Of a stretch of 64,000 nucleotides of DNA, positions 62,840 to 64,000 are shown piece by piece (position 1 is the stretch's first letter; the number at the start of each line of letters is the position of its first letter). Below the pieces are notes generated by a model. That model saw nothing but the letters and a program-made list of their open reading frames with translations. It ran no database searches and had not been told where the DNA came from. The DNA comes from the human T2T-CHM13v2.0 reference genome, Homo sapiens: assembly GCF_009914755.1 (NCBI RefSeq), contig NC_060929.1. One strand, given 5' to 3'. A program made the translations under genes and the position numbers.

Positions 62840-63684
62840 ACAGCCAATCCCCAGAGAGCCGACAAAGGGACCCGGGTGACAATGCCTACCTCCTAGAAAG
62901 CCAAATACGGATCAGTTTCAACAAAGCAATTGGAACGGATTGATGCATCAGAACTGCTCCCCATGGATGCACTTGCACCGCCCTGTATGAGTCCTAGAAA
63001 TCAATAGGCACTACACACCCCTCACCAGGGTATCTTCAAGAATAATTAATTAATCAAGGCATTAAGCTACAGGAATAAAATCTACTTTTTATTACTTGTA
63101 TTCTTAAAAAGAAATGATTCAAAAATTTCACAATTGTAGGAGTTTTAAGGTGTCTATATTTTATATATGTTGCCTTCTGTGAAGATAACAGATTTCATTT
63201 GCTTGACGCTGTCATTTTTATACCTATTTTCAATACATATACTCAAATTTTGTGACACAGCTGAAAATTCAACCTTCTTTTTAACGTCAGAAAAAATTTA
63301 AATTGCAATTGTGACCCTAAGGTTCAAGCTTATTCTTCAGAGTTTTCACCATGGTGATGGACTTCAAGAATTAATCTTAGAAATCTCTTGTTACTGGATT
63401 CTCGCTTTTATAACTTTGTAATAGGAATTCAGTGAGATGTTGAAAAGAAAGGTAATTTACATTTCACACAGCCTCTGAGTTTCCTTCAGGTGTGACCAAC
63501 ACCAACTCTGAAATTGCATCTGCTCCATGTTGCTTATTTTCTAAGCACCTGGCCCTGACGGTTTCAACCCCTACCTCTCCAGCAGACACCTTCCAAATAT
63601 GGTTATTTCTTTCATTGTGATATCATATTTTCAACTCTTCCTCATCTCACAAGCTATTTTGTCATAATTTACCTAACTATTCAG

Positions 63685-64000
63685 GTTCAAAAGTGCAACC
63701 AATTTCAAGCAGGAGAAATAAAAATAAATCCACACTAAAACAGATCATAATAAAATTTCCAAAACCCAAAGGGAGATAAAGTTCTAAAAGCAGATAGAAA
63801 TATACATATATATGTATATGTATATATTTAATGTAATACATATATATAAGGCATATACGTAACACACAGACAGTGTGTGCAGACAGAGACAGAAACAGAG
63901 AGACAGAGACAGAGAGTGCTTTGAAGGAATGAAAATAATAGTTGACTTCCCAATAACAACCATTTAAACCATAACACATGGAAATGACATCTTCAACGTG
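63685..64000 (+). mobile_element. Old L1 ORF1-region fragment with embedded TA/GA microsatellites
   Basis: aaataaatccacactaaaacagatcataataaaatttcc...agataaagttctaaaagcag resembles L1 ORF1 (TPRHII region). Confidence 0.5.

Overview
Primate (human-like) genomic DNA, roughly half of it interspersed repeats, with no recognisable protein-coding gene, RNA gene or CpG island. It holds about 11 Alus, a decayed full-length L1PB1 (~40.5-46.7 kb), a complete THE1B-type MaLR provirus (~37.6-39.9 kb), solo LTRs (LTR7 family, MER41B, MER51, MER57, MST/MLT), DNA-transposon relics (MER30, MER5A, MER58A, MER20, MER2, MADE1) and a 1.7-kb C-rich minisatellite with a 644-bp higher-order duplication. Subfamily names come from recalled consensus sequences, not a RepeatMasker run, and boundaries of old elements are approximate. 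The best non-repeat signals are: (1) a minus-strand candidate exon at 49472-49373 encoding a textbook signal peptide and ending in a phase-1 GT donor, downstream of a TATA box; (2) a STAT/IRF/PU.1 motif cluster at ~1.46-1.67 kb, with a MER41B retaining both GAS sites nearby; (3) several well-formed orphan splice-site pairs suggesting unannotated or non-coding transcripts. No new biological system can be established from sequence alone; these are testable hypotheses.
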